Assembly (NCBI GenBank): GCA_013239625.1
Contig: MU053472.1
Coordinates: 124,001 to 188,000 of the forward strand
Direction: 5' to 3'
Source of the DNA: Lama guanicoe
Lineage: Eukaryota
DNA length: 64,000 bases
Under the pieces are notes generated by a model. That model worked only from the letters and a program-made list of their open reading frames with translations. It ran no database searches and was not told the origin of the DNA. Below, piece after piece: positions 52,704 through 64,000 of the stretch. Made by a program: the position numbers and the translations under genes. Positions within the stretch are counted from its first letter, which is position 1, and the number at the start of each line of letters is the position of its first letter.

Positions 52704-55700
52704 TAGCTCTGGAGCTGATAAGATAAGAGGCAAAACAAACACAACTTCTCACAAGGCCTGCCTCAAACAATGAGCCATTGTAGCCCCGCAGGCGAAGACG
52801 GGGGCGTCCAGAGTTGGAACGGAAAGGTAGGACTGGTGACCCAGCCTTCGGCGGGTGGAAGAGGTGTTCGGTTTGAACCCAGCCAATAAATCTGACAGAG
52901 CTCTGCTCTCATTTTATTGATTGAATGCCTCATAAAGGAGCAAGCCGGGTGGGACACTGTTTGTTTTGGGGCTGCCAGTGACATTTGAGTTGATAAAATG
53001 TTCATTCATCCCCCCCCAACCCAGGGCCTCCAAAGCCAGGTTTTTTTTAACCCGAAGAGCACCTCCCTTTGAAACAAGCCCCCTCTTTCTCCTCGCCAGC
53101 CCCCTGGTGCTGGCAGGGAGAGTAGTTAAGTCAGGACTGAGTGGATGACAAGAGGTGGAGACGCTTCTTGCCCTGGGATTTTGACGGAAGGCAGGCCAGT
53201 GAAGATCACAGCACAAAATGGCAGGTGGGGCAGGGCGGGGCGGGGCGGGGCTTACAGATGGAGAGGGAAACGCTGACTTTGAAGTTATGATGCTGACCCA
53301 GGGTTCAAATCCCAGCTCCAGCACTTAATAGCTGGGTAGCCTTGGGCGGGTTCTAGCACTCTCTTTCTCATCTATAAAATGTGGGTAATAACACTTGGGC
53401 TGTTGGCGGAACAAGTGTGATCACAGGAGAAGTACTCAGCACAGTGTTTGTGATGGTAAATATTCGGTGAATGACAGTGAGGTGGTGGTTAGATGAATGG
53501 CGGTATTCTTCGCTCTAAGTGAAGTTTTCTATGCCCGTCACCACAGACCAACCCTAGGCAGTCAATTCGGCACACTCGGTGAGGAATAGGCTTTTTGACG
53601 TGGAATTTTCAACGTTCTAACCCTCCAGCAGCACAAATGCAGCAGGGGAGCGAACACAAGCATTACGACACTTGGAAGGGAAGGACGTGGAAAACTTGAT
53701 TCTTCGGGTCATGCTCCGTGTTTCAGGGGAGGGAGGAGCCGCGAGTTTCTGGTTTCCATGGTCAAGGTGGAGCCGCACGCCTTCCCTCAAGGTGTCTGAC
53801 CCAGAGGCAGGTCGGGCCGAGCAGGGGGAGGGGGCAGGGAGCAGATGCCATTTTAGACCTTGACGTGTGTGCTATGTAGGCAACACAGGCACAGTAGGTC
53901 ACAGGTGATTGAGTCCCCAGCTCCCTGAAGGAATAAACAAAGTGTAGTTTCTGAGGGGAGCGCCAGGCCCGGCCAAATCTAGTTTGCAGACTGGAGCTGA
54001 TCACTCCTGGGTAGTGGTCTCTGCAGATGGAAATGAGGAATGCTCCTGTGGGAGGTGTGTTGCAGCCCCCTTGCCTGCTCCTCATCCCTTAAGCTGCTGC
54101 TTCACCAGAAACCACGGGAGAGGCACAGACAAGGATGTGTGAGTTCTCCCAAGTCACAGGGAGACCCAAACAAGTGAAAGGCTTGCCCCGGCTTCCCTGG
54201 AGGAGGGGGCCTTGCAGGTGACGTCCTGACTTCTCAGTGGATGAAACCCTCCAAGTCTCCTCTCCTATTGCTGGAAGGTCCCTGGGGTTTCCCTGTGAGC
54301 CCTCCCGCCCTTCCTCCCAAGAAGCGAACTGCCTCAGTTGGGGCCAGGGTGCTCCAAAGGCAGCTGCAGGACACCCTTTTTCCTTCCTCTTCTGCTCGGC
54401 AGTGCCCTAATGAGCAGTATGTTATTGGATTGATGATTGACCAAGACAGCACACCGCAGCGTTAGCAAACACCTGGGAGCTTGTTTGCAGAGACCAGCTT
54501 TTCACTAATTTCCAACACCCTGGCTCGTATGTCCCCATCACTGGATGCCCGCATTCAAGAGTCTGTTCTCGATTAATATATAACAAGTCCATCCCAGATC
54601 TTAGTCCACCAGAGACAAGAGTGGAGTATAGTTAAAAATAACACAGGCAAAGGAACCAGTGTGTTCACATCTTGGGCGCTGTTATTTATCAGCGATAGGA
54701 TGGACATTGCTTAACTTCAGTTTCCTCATCTGGAAAATGGGGAATAACAATGCCTGCGTCACAGGGTTGGTGTGAGGATTGCTTGTGGCACTGCTGTTTT
54801 TTTGGGTGAGCCCCTTACAAGCAATGAGTCTCTGTGTGCTGGCTTTCGATAGGACCTGCATTTGAAGTCTTCCCCCAGAGACTGGTTTTGGAAATAATGC
54901 CGATCCATTTGAGCTCTCTTTTGTACTCTGTGTCCCCCAGCCCGTGCCCAAATGGCATGTGTCCACAAAGAGCCGGCCACGTGGAGGGTTGCGTGCGGTC
55001 TGTTCATGTTGAGCCTTGTGTTTTAAAAAGGCACGTATTGGATGCTTTCAGTGTCAAAATCGTATCGCTTAATGTTAAGAAGCTCATCCCTAGAGGCAAC
55101 AGAAAATGATGGTTGCATTCTAGAGCAGGAAGGAACTTGACGAAGGTGACCCCGAAATAGGAAGTGTGTGGGGTTTAAACTCCGGCAAAACTGGGTTTGA
55201 ATTCTGGCTTCCTCACTTCCTAGTCAGGTGACGCGGAGACTAAACTCAGACTTTCAGCTCCCTAGGGCTCAGATTCTTAATCTGTAATGTAGGGCAATGA
55301 TCATAATCATGACTCCTCCCCTATTTGTGTCATTATCTATTAAGGACAATCAGTGGAGGCATTTTACAAACTCTACAGCCATACACATTTAAATTGTTTG
55401 GTCATCGGCACCCACGTTTGTCTTTCGCCGTTAAAACCAAACGGCAGAGATTACTGTCCCTCCCTTGACTTTCTCCAAAGGACTGAGTTCCTCAGGGTAA
55501 GTCTGAAGGCAGGTCACTGATTTTTTTTTTTCTTTTTCTTTCATTTTTTCTTTCTTTTTTTTTTTTTAATGACTCTGAAATTTTGAAAAACAAGTCCAGC
55601 AAACAAGCTGGTTCTCTCTTGTTTGATGTGGTCAGAATTCCTTCTTGGTCATGTGACCCCCTAACTCATTTCTTGATGCTCATTTGAAAAACACAAACAA

Positions 55701-56027
55701 ACCTGTTTGGTTTTTTTTTCTTTCTTTCCTTTTCAAATTCACCTTGGAAGCTCAGGGGTTGATCAGAAGGGCAAGGCAGGAGGTAGTGTCTTCTCTGGGT
55801 GCGGCTGTGGGACCTATAATCTGAGGCGCTCTGGGTAACAAGGGGAGGGAGAAGGAAAAGGCTCCTCGGACACCTGCTTTCTGTGTCCCAACCCTAACTC
55901 ACCTGTCAGCGTCCCCAGCGAGAGTGTCTGGGTTAGTTCAGAAGGAGCGGGGAGGACAGTCCTTTCGTAATCATTTTTTAAATTATTTTAAAGTTATAAG
56001 TAGTAAACTACTTTATCATAAATAAAA

Positions 56028-56030
<3 letters not shown>

Positions 56031-56058
<28 letters not shown>
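56031..56058. repeat. (GT)10(GC)4 alternating purine-pyrimidine tract
   Basis: gtgtgtgtgtgtgtgtgtgtgcgcgcgc. Confidence 0.95.
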
Positions 56059-56109
56059 AAAACCGAAAGCTCCTTATAATTAATGGGGGAACATTGGGGG
56101 GGGGTCTGA

Positions 56110-56560
56110 TAACATAGAATTAAAGTAAGCACATCTATTACAGCCGTTACTGTCAGCTACTCTTCAGAAAGTTCTAACCAGTGCAGTATGACATGTAGAC
56201 TGCAGCACTTACAAGAAAGAGACCCGATCAGCACTGTATGCTTGTGATGCTGTTCTATGCGCACTTGAAAAGATGAAGAAAATCGATAAAGAAAAGACAC
56301 TGTTAGGAATAAATAAAAGACTTCAGGCCTTAATAAAAGGATTCAGAGTGGCCTTGGAAAAAATTACACAAAACCTAGTAGCTTTCTCTTACTAATCTGT
56401 CATTAAAATACAACAGTGACATAGCTTTGGCAAGGAGCTTTAATTTAGCTGCATTACAATAGCAGCTCCTCGCCGAAGAGAAAAAAAAATTTAATGTATA
56501 ATAGAGATTTGGAAAAAGTAGAAAAGCCCAATAATGGCTGATCTCCCCAAAACAAACTTT
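56110..56560 (+). mobile_element. Highly decayed ancient L1 ORF2 fragment
   Basis: A-rich; gaaagttctaaccagtgcagta and acacaaaacctagtagctttctc resemble L1 RT-region motifs. Confidence 0.55.
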
Positions 56561-57154
56561 AGTAATACTTGCAGGTGTAGGGGAATGTCCTCCAGAATAA
56601 AGAACTTGAATTCTAGAGTCAGACTTGGATTTGAATAGCTAATGAACCATTTGCTAGTTGTTGGCTCTCCGGCAATCTGCATGGCTACTCTGAGCCTCAG
56701 TTTTTTCATCTGCGAAATGGGAATGGCAGAAGTGTCTGAAAAAGAAAAAAAGCAAAAGTGTCTGCCTCCTGGGTAGAGTAAGATTTGTGAGTTAATGCCT
56801 GAGCAATGCTTCCCAGAGCCGGTACTCAGCGAAAGCTTCCCTGCGCTCCTGCCTGGGCCCTGATCTGCTCCACTCGGGAATCCCGGAGCATTTCTTCAGT
56901 CATTATTTTTAACAATCGCGTGTCTTTAGCATCAGTAACATGGAAGACAGAGAGCAGAAGGAGGTTACTTCCAAAGTGAGCAAGTGACAATCATATAATA
57001 CACCTGGGCTGAAGGATCTGTAAGGCAGGCTAGTAATTCACAGGTAGTCAGCAAATAGAGGCAATTATGGTCAGTATTGCTTACCACTCTATCCTCAGCA
57101 CCTGAAACAGAGCCTATCCCTCAGTAGGTGGTTAATAATTGGTAGCGAATGAAT

Positions 57155-57208
57155 GCATGCGTGAATAAATGAACTAGAGACGCATGCGTGAATAAATGAA
57201 CTAGAGAC
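57155..57208. repeat. Perfect 27-bp tandem duplication at an L2 tail
   Basis: gcatgcgtgaataaatgaactagagac x2. Confidence 0.97.
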
Positions 57209-57306
57209 CTCGCTGTGCCAAGGAATTGCGACGCCATGTCATTTTGGACACCGCTCTCTGCAGTCCCGGTCCCACTCACGCCGCTCTTGTTTTTTCTCTC
57301 CAGCAG

Positions 57307-57439
57307 ATCTCAGTCTCAGGAGGAGGTTTGCCCCCCGTCAGCACCTTGACGAATATTCACAGTCTGCCCCACCACAATCCCCAGCAATCTCAGAACCTCA
57401 TCATGACCCCCCTCTCTGGAGTCATGGCCATTGCACAAA
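57307..57439 (+). CDS. HNF1B: HNF1B exon 6 (alternative start 57304 via CAGCAG)
   Basis: Acceptor ctctccagcag|[22 protein letters not shown]...GVMAIAQ, donor A|gtaagc. Confidence 0.97.
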
Positions 57440-59102
57440 GTAAGCTCTGTTCTCGGTCAGAAAACGTGGGGGCAGGGAGGGGCAGCGTGGGAGAGGAGTC
57501 AACCTGATCTTTTTTTTTTTTAAACCAAAAAGAACTAAAGAAGACCCCCTCTCAAACTCACCCACCACTTGAAGATTTGATTCAACTCACTTTATTCCTT
57601 ATCTCCCTCTTAGCAAGATTTGGATTATTTAGCCAGAAAGAAGAGGAAGTTATGGATTGGAGTTGAATCTTGGTCACATCTGACCGGCTGTGCATCCTGG
57701 GTCCAGTCATTGGACCTTTATGAGGTTCAGTTTGCTCATCTGTAAAATGGGTTGCTGAGGCAATCCGGTGACCATGGGTGTAGACAGCCTTGTGAATCGA
57801 TAAAGCATGAGTGTGTGTGATATTGTAGCTTGTACTTCTGTTTGGTGTTCCTTTAAGATCCCCAAGGAGGTGGTGGATTTTCCAGGAGGCTGTGCTGATG
57901 TCTTTGTATTGGGCAAGATGGAGGAAGACATGAGGGGTTTCCTTCTAAATGGGGAATTTTGTGTGGTCGGACGAGACCTCCTTGGTCAGTGGTGAAAACA
58001 CCCTGAGAGGGAACTCTGCTGGAAACTGTCACAGCCTCTCTGAGCCTGGACAGCTTTAAGGAGAAATAGGTTGTTTCTGCCTTAGCCTGAAGACAGGGAG
58101 GAGAGTCAGGTCCTTCCAGCCCCGGGAACACACATCCCATAGGGAGCCTAGACCCCCATCACGGATGGGCCACTCCAGGACACGGGAAGGCGGACGCAGC
58201 TGGGCCCGGGGATGCCTCTCACCGAGTTTTCATGTGATGAGTGTTCAGCGTATTTTCAGGCCCATGATGACAGCTCAGTCCAGGTCTTCCTTGCGATCCT
58301 GGGAAGCATTCCTGAGGACTCTTGGGAAAGAGCTAAGGGCGGTACCTTGTTCATCTTTCCTTCGCCTGCTGTCCTCCTGGCCTCCCTTGTGTCGAGGGCC
58401 CACGTCGACCACCTCTTTGGTTCCTGCTCTGTCCTCTCCTCCGTCTTCTCTCCCTATACCAGCTCTAGCCCGGGACCACTTCTGAAGAGAAGGACTTCTG
58501 CGCTCTTAGAGGGCGAATCAGGGCTAGGCCCCAGGAGGCACACACGTTGACTGAGTAAGTGTGGCTCCCGCTCTGTCCCCAGCCGCTCAGGAGTGGATGC
58601 CCTCCACATTCACTTTTGCAAAGGGAATTGAGAATGGAGAAAGCCACTAGAGGCCTCACAAAAAAAAAAAAAAAATTATTTTAAATGCGCTACCTTTTCA
58701 CAGGGCCTCCTCCAGGATTATGGTAGCCAGACCAGTACTAGGGTTTGAGCATGAGATAGGATGCCCGAAACCAGCTTGCTTGCCTTCTAAAAGATTTGGT
58801 TAGGACGCCCCTGGGTGAGCGATCCCACCTCTTTCTTTCTACAACCAAAACGATCCACAAACTGCCCCACCTGCCTTCTTCCTTCCCACATCAAACTTTG
58901 GCTGACACACACAGTTAAATATTTTCTTAGTTATGTCTATTCTTATTTCTATCTGAATTAAAATTTTCCCTGAGGCTAGTTTACATGTTTCTCAGTTTTG
59001 TTCCTCCTAATTTTGTTCACCCATACTTTTCTGTCTTCTCAATAATCTTAATCTCTTACTGCAGATGGCCAACACCAGAGTATACGCTGACCTTAGAAGG
59101 AG

Positions 59103-59126
59103 GTGTGTGTGTGTGTGTGTGTGTGT
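59103..59126. repeat. (GT)12 microsatellite
   Basis: Perfect run in intron 6. Confidence 0.95.
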
Positions 59127-59500
59127 ATTAGGAGTGAGGGGAGCATAAGGAAGGTCATCAGAGAACGTGGCTGAGATGCAGTGGCCCTGCCCTATGGAGT
59201 GTCAGGGTGAAGAACTGATTACCGAGGCCAGCCTTGTACTGCTCACCACACGCCAGGCCAGTGAACTGAGAGACGAGTTGCTGGGGCGGGGGATAGCCGA
59301 CTCCTGTCCTGCTGAGTAGGTGGGCCCTGCCTCGGGACTGCCGTGCCCCAGGGAGAACGCGGTAACAGGTTACCCAGTGGTGCCAGTTTTATTCTCTACT
59401 CATCTGCTGGACTGGATAACACGCTTCTTAAGCAGGAACCAGTGCCCAGAAAACAGATGGAAAGGCTGAGAGTCACACCGCGTGGGAGCTAGAATGACAT

Positions 59501-59685
59501 CAGTGGCTCTCGATCCTGGAATTGAGGCACATCAGGGTCACAGACTGTTGAAAATAAAATTCCTGGGCCTCACCTCTAAAGGAAGGGTCTGACTCACTAA
59601 GTCTTAGGTGGGGCCGAGGAATGTATATTTCTTAAAGAGCTCCCCAGGAAGATTCTAAAACACAAGCAGGTTTCGGAACTATGCC
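59501..59685. mobile_element. MER5A-like hAT MITE
   Basis: cagtggctctc...aattcctgggcctcacc...ggtggggccgaggaatgtatatttcttaaagagctccccagg. Confidence 0.75.
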
Positions 59686-60894
59686 CTCCAGTGTCATCTA
59701 CTTCAGACAGCATAATTTGCTTTTCTGGGCAGAGAACTCCCAAAAAGAGCAGTGGCAGTGGGTTCTGGGGAAAACAGCTCATCCGTGGGGCTTCCTCAGA
59801 GATTGAGACCATAGTGGAAGGTAGGAAAGGAAAACGGGACATCAAGGTATCGGGTGAGACACTGCTGGGAGGAGCAGTTGCGCCCCTGGGGAACTGGAGA
59901 TAGCGCAATTTTGAGAGCATCAGAGGTCCCCCACCTGCCCAGCCCTGCCCAGGAGAGCCAGGAGGGGGTTTCACTCCCCTCTTCCCTTCTGCTCACAGGT
60001 CTCACCTTTTAGGTTTCTGATAACAGTATCAGCTAATGCTCTGAGCAGGCAATTGTTGAGGCCTTTGTGCTGTCTCTACCAAGGCCTTCCCGTGAAACCT
60101 CTGCATCTCAGGAAAGGCTCTCCCGGTATCTTTTCCACATTGGCCTAAAAGACATTTTGCTGGGTTTCCTCCGTCTCATTCTTGCCCCCACTTCCCAGAA
60201 AGCAAGGCCAAAGGAACCCTGGTAGCTCCAGGAAAGAGGCTGGGGTATCTTTCCCCTGATCCTCTTGTCCCCACTCCCACCTGGCCTCAGCTGCCTTCCC
60301 CAGAGTCCCACCCAGGGAGTCGATGGAGGATGGATACCAAGGACTTGATCTTTGCAGTTCTAAAGAAACCTCAGGATATAGACATAAGAGAAAGATGACA
60401 CCACCTACTATAACTGCCAACCTTCAGCATACTACTTCCTTCTTCCAGTACCTGGTCCTTTTGATGCCACCATCCTTGTGCTGCCAGATAAGATAATAAC
60501 CTGCTTCATAGATTGGCTAGATGGCAGCGTTTTATCCCCTTTCCGCTACAGTCAAGAGAATGAGCACCTGACCTCTCTCCAGTCTTTGCACAACCTGCTG
60601 CAAGAGGGTCTTGAGGCTTCATACCCCTAGGACTGTGGAGGTGGTTTTTTAATAGAAAAGTGGGTCCCTGCATACTCCTGCCCCCTGCTGGACAGACAGA
60701 TCTGGACAATAATCTGCACCAGGGCAAGCCTCCCTCAGAGCCAGGCATGGATGGATAGGGTGGCAAGTGTAGGACCCTGGCAACCTCAAGGGGGCTACGT
60801 TTGGGAGATCACAGGATGACTTTGGGAGACTCTCAGGCCTCGGTCAGATCTGCTTAAAGCCCATTTCCTATCTATGTCATTATACTTTTGTCCA

Positions 60895-61095
60895 AGCTAA
60901 GGTGAACTGTGGACTTTGATGATTATGATGTGTCAACGAACCTTCATCCTTAGTTAAAAAAAAATTACCACTCTGGTAAATAAAAATAACGACTGTGCAT
61001 ATGTGTGGAGAGGGCATGTATGTGAAATTTCTGTTCCTGCCTGTCAATTTTGTTGTAAACCTAAAACTGCTTTAAAAAAGTCTTAAAAACAAGAA
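60895..61095 (+). mobile_element. L1MC-type 3' end
   Basis: gtgaactgtggactttgatgattatgatgtgtcaa...caattttgttgtaaacctaaaactgctttaaaaaa. Confidence 0.8.
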
Positions 61096-61515
61096 AACTC
61101 GGGGTAGACATTTTTTGACAAAACTTTAGTTTCAGTTATATACATATTTGTGTGTGTTTGTTAGATTGTGATGTAAAATGTACTTTTTAGGTCAAAAAAG
61201 TTTGCAAGCCACTGTAGTTAAGTTACACTGGCAAATAAAAGCAAAAATTAAACTAAAAAAAAAAAGCCCATTTCCATCCACAACTTGCTGTGGAATTTGA
61301 GCAAATCACTTGATCGCTCTCTCTAAGCCTCAGTTTTTGGGTCTATGAAATGGGCCTATAAAATCGCTTCCCCTGCAGTGTCTTACGTAATGGGATCAGC
61401 CCAGGGCCTGGCAGATAGCGGGGGCTCCATCAGTTTTCATTTGCCTCCGTTCACCTGTCCTGCAGGTCGTCCTGCAGCCATCTCTGATCTTTCTCTTTCC
61501 CTCTTGTCCCCACAG

Positions 61516-61710
61516 GCCTCAACTCCTCCCAAGCTCAGAGCGTCCCCGTTATCAACAGCGTGGCCGGCAGCCTGGCAGCCCTGCAGCCCGTTCAGTTCTC
61601 CCAGCAGCTGCACAGCCCTCACCAGCAGCCCCTCATGCAGCAGAGCCCGGGCAGCCACATGGCCCAGCAGCCCTTCATGGCCGCTGTGACTCAGCTGCAG
61701 AACTCACACA
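61516..61710 (+). CDS. HNF1B: HNF1B exon 7
   Basis: Acceptor ccacag|[37 protein letters not shown]...QLQNSH, donor A|gtaagg. Confidence 0.98.
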
Positions 61711-62534
61711 GTAAGGACAGGGGCATGTCGGGGAGGGAGCCCGAAGGGTCCCCAGCCACCAGCCTCTTCCCTCTCGGGGTCTGTAGTTTCTTGGAAGCTT
61801 CTTGGTGTAGTCACTTTTCCCTACCGATGACCAACCAAGACAGTTTTGCAAGCATAACTCTCATGTGATGCTCTGCCTTTTCTGGTCCTCTTCTCTACCC
61901 TCAAGATTCCAGGGGAAGGTTTGAAGACAGATAAGTTCTACGTGTACAGGGGAGTTGGAGGGAGAGAGCGTAGATGTGGTAGTATAGATGTGGAATGAAC
62001 TCAGGCCCCGCTTCCCCACCCTGGCACTCGTGGAAGGGATCCCTAGTCAAGCATGGCACCTTTTCCCAGCGAGCCTCACCTTAGCCTTTTCAGTCCAAAA
62101 TTCCAGGCAGCCCTGACCAAATGATCAGATTTGGCATGTAATTTGCATCCTCTTTGCCTTTCCTGAAACTGAAAAATCTTCTAGACTTCCCCATGCCCTC
62201 CAGTTTACACACCCCAAACATCTCTAATTAAGAACCACGAACGTGGGTGGAAAATACTGCCTGCATACCATCCTGGATAAGGAATATTAGTTTCTGCCCT
62301 CCCCGCCCATGCAGAGGTTTTTCTTACCTCCAAGTTCTACACCTACCCTAAGTCCACCTATCAACCATTTGTTTCCTGCCCACCCTTAGCCCCTGTCTCT
62401 CCCCTCATCCCATCCTGAGCCCCAGGCCCCCAGTCCTCTGGCCTGGTCAGGCTCTAGCCCCTGGCCTACAAGGATAGCTTCCCTGTTTCAAGCATGGTCC
62501 TGCAGGGCCACCAGAGTAGTGTCTGGAATAGAGT

Positions 62535-62750
62535 GACAGTCTTAGAATCAGACAGACCTAGATTTCAGTCCTGGCTCTGAGTCTTACCAACTAGGTGGCC
62601 ATGGGTAAGTTCCTTAGCCACTCTGAGCTTCGGTTTCTTCATGATAAAATGGAAATAATATGTGTATGGACTCATTCTGGAAATAGAACAAAATAGGTAT
62701 GAAGTGTGTTTGGTAAGCATTCAGAGTTATAAAAATGCAAGTGATGATTT
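62535..62750 (+). mobile_element. MIR remnant (one of many; others near 16800, 18780, 29850, 38100, 40300, 41450, 50330, 53300, 54700, 56650, 57700, 63870)
   Basis: gaatcagacagacctagatttcagtcctggctctg...ctctgagcttcggtttcttcat. Confidence 0.75.
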
Positions 62751-64000
62751 ATGAAAGGATTCCTTAATAGGAAGGGGTAGGTGTGGGGAAGAGGATTTTA
62801 GTTTCTGCCCTGGCTGCCTCGGATAGAGCTGTGGATCTGAGGGCAACAGCCAAGTTCAGCCTTCTTCCACACTTGGGGCTCCATCCTGCCCCAGGCTTGC
62901 AGAGCTGGTTTCTAAGTACCATCTCACATTCCAATCACATTTTCGTGGCTTCTAAAAAATCTCCAACAGCCTGTAGCAGCATCTGGGACCACATGTGCTC
63001 CCCTGCCCTTCCTCCTGGGGCCTGAAAATATGCCTCCCATTTGCCCCCAGCCCCTCACCTGGGCAGGATTCCTCACTGGCGAGGCCTGGGTGGGACGATC
63101 AGAGAGTGGTCACCAGTGACCTGTGGACTGCTGAGGCCCCGCTGGCCTGGCTGGCTATGAAGATAGTGCATGGGGCCCTGGACCCGGAAATAACCAGCTT
63201 CCCTCCAAGGGGGGGACCAGCTGAGGTGGCAGGCCGTGACCTTCACCCCCATTCCCTACTGAAGGATTCCTTGGTAGAAAAGGCTGGTCCTTCCCTCAAG
63301 GCCAAACATGCACGTGCTTTCTGGCTTGGTCATGTGACCTGGAATTTATGTGAATCTTTTGGATGGACTAGCATTGAATCAAAGGATCCAGACTTGGTGG
63401 ATACATACTGGACAAAGGCGAGCCACATGCCCCTGGAGGTTTTATTTGAATCTAATCTCCTCTTGTCCATCATCCTTCATATTTTCATGATGTCAGAAGG
63501 CATCTCAGTGCAAACCAGAACAGCCCGGAATTATGCAATTAATTGCACCCGGGTCTATTTAGAGTCATGACTTAATCTGCCGCTAGCATGAGATCTGGTA
63601 CTTGAGTCACGGCAGAAACAGTAAGCACATGCTGGCCAGCTCCTTCCTGTTTGTCAGCTCCTTAGAATTTTTTTTGACTTAAAATTCAGCTGCGCTACGT
63701 ATACCAAAAGATTGCTTGTGAAGCCGAGGCATCTCATACTTCATTGAAAGTTGGGAGAACAGAAGTGTTCCCACCACTGAAGTGCTGTCCACCAGTACAT
63801 AGCAGGCGCTGTACAAAGCTCTTTGTTTGGTACAAAGTGCTTTGAACACAACCTCTTCTAATCCTACAACAGATACCATACCCATTTTACAGGTGAGGAA
63901 ACTGAGGTTAAGTAAGTTGATTAAGGAGCCAGAATTTAAACACATGGCCGTTCTTTTTTTCACATCACACTGCCTTGCCAGACATCACCATCCTCACCAC

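Noticed and set aside
62995..63570. 191-aa ORF in intron 7, considered as exon 8
   Set aside because: No similarity to the expected HNF1B C-terminus; non-ATG start; exon 8 was not found within the window

Overview
Mammalian genomic DNA containing the 5' two-thirds of HNF1B (TCF2/vHNF1) on the + strand. Coding exons 1-7 lie at 22004-61710 with GT-AG junctions and join in frame to 1534 nt (511 codons + 1 nt). Exons 8-9 were not found and should lie beyond the window. The promoter carries a DR1 element and two octamers and sits in a CpG island of about 4 kb. The 21 kb upstream shows no recognisable gene. Short tRNA-Ala-derived SINEs and a young L1 3' family suggest a camelid genome (inference). 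The rest is MIR, L2, old L1, hAT MITEs and microsatellites, and nearly all ORFs in the track are spurious. I found no new protein-coding system. The best leads are: splice-level isoform switches (78-nt exon 3 acceptor, exon 4 read-through, NAGNAG at exon 6); a nuclear-receptor element cluster in intron 4; a SOX-dimer/GATA module after exon 5; a convergent CTCF motif pair; a small L1 insertion with an apparent 3' transduction; and an unidentified AT-rich A-tailed insert splitting a MIR. Repeat family names and comparisons to human HNF1B are from recall, not database searches.
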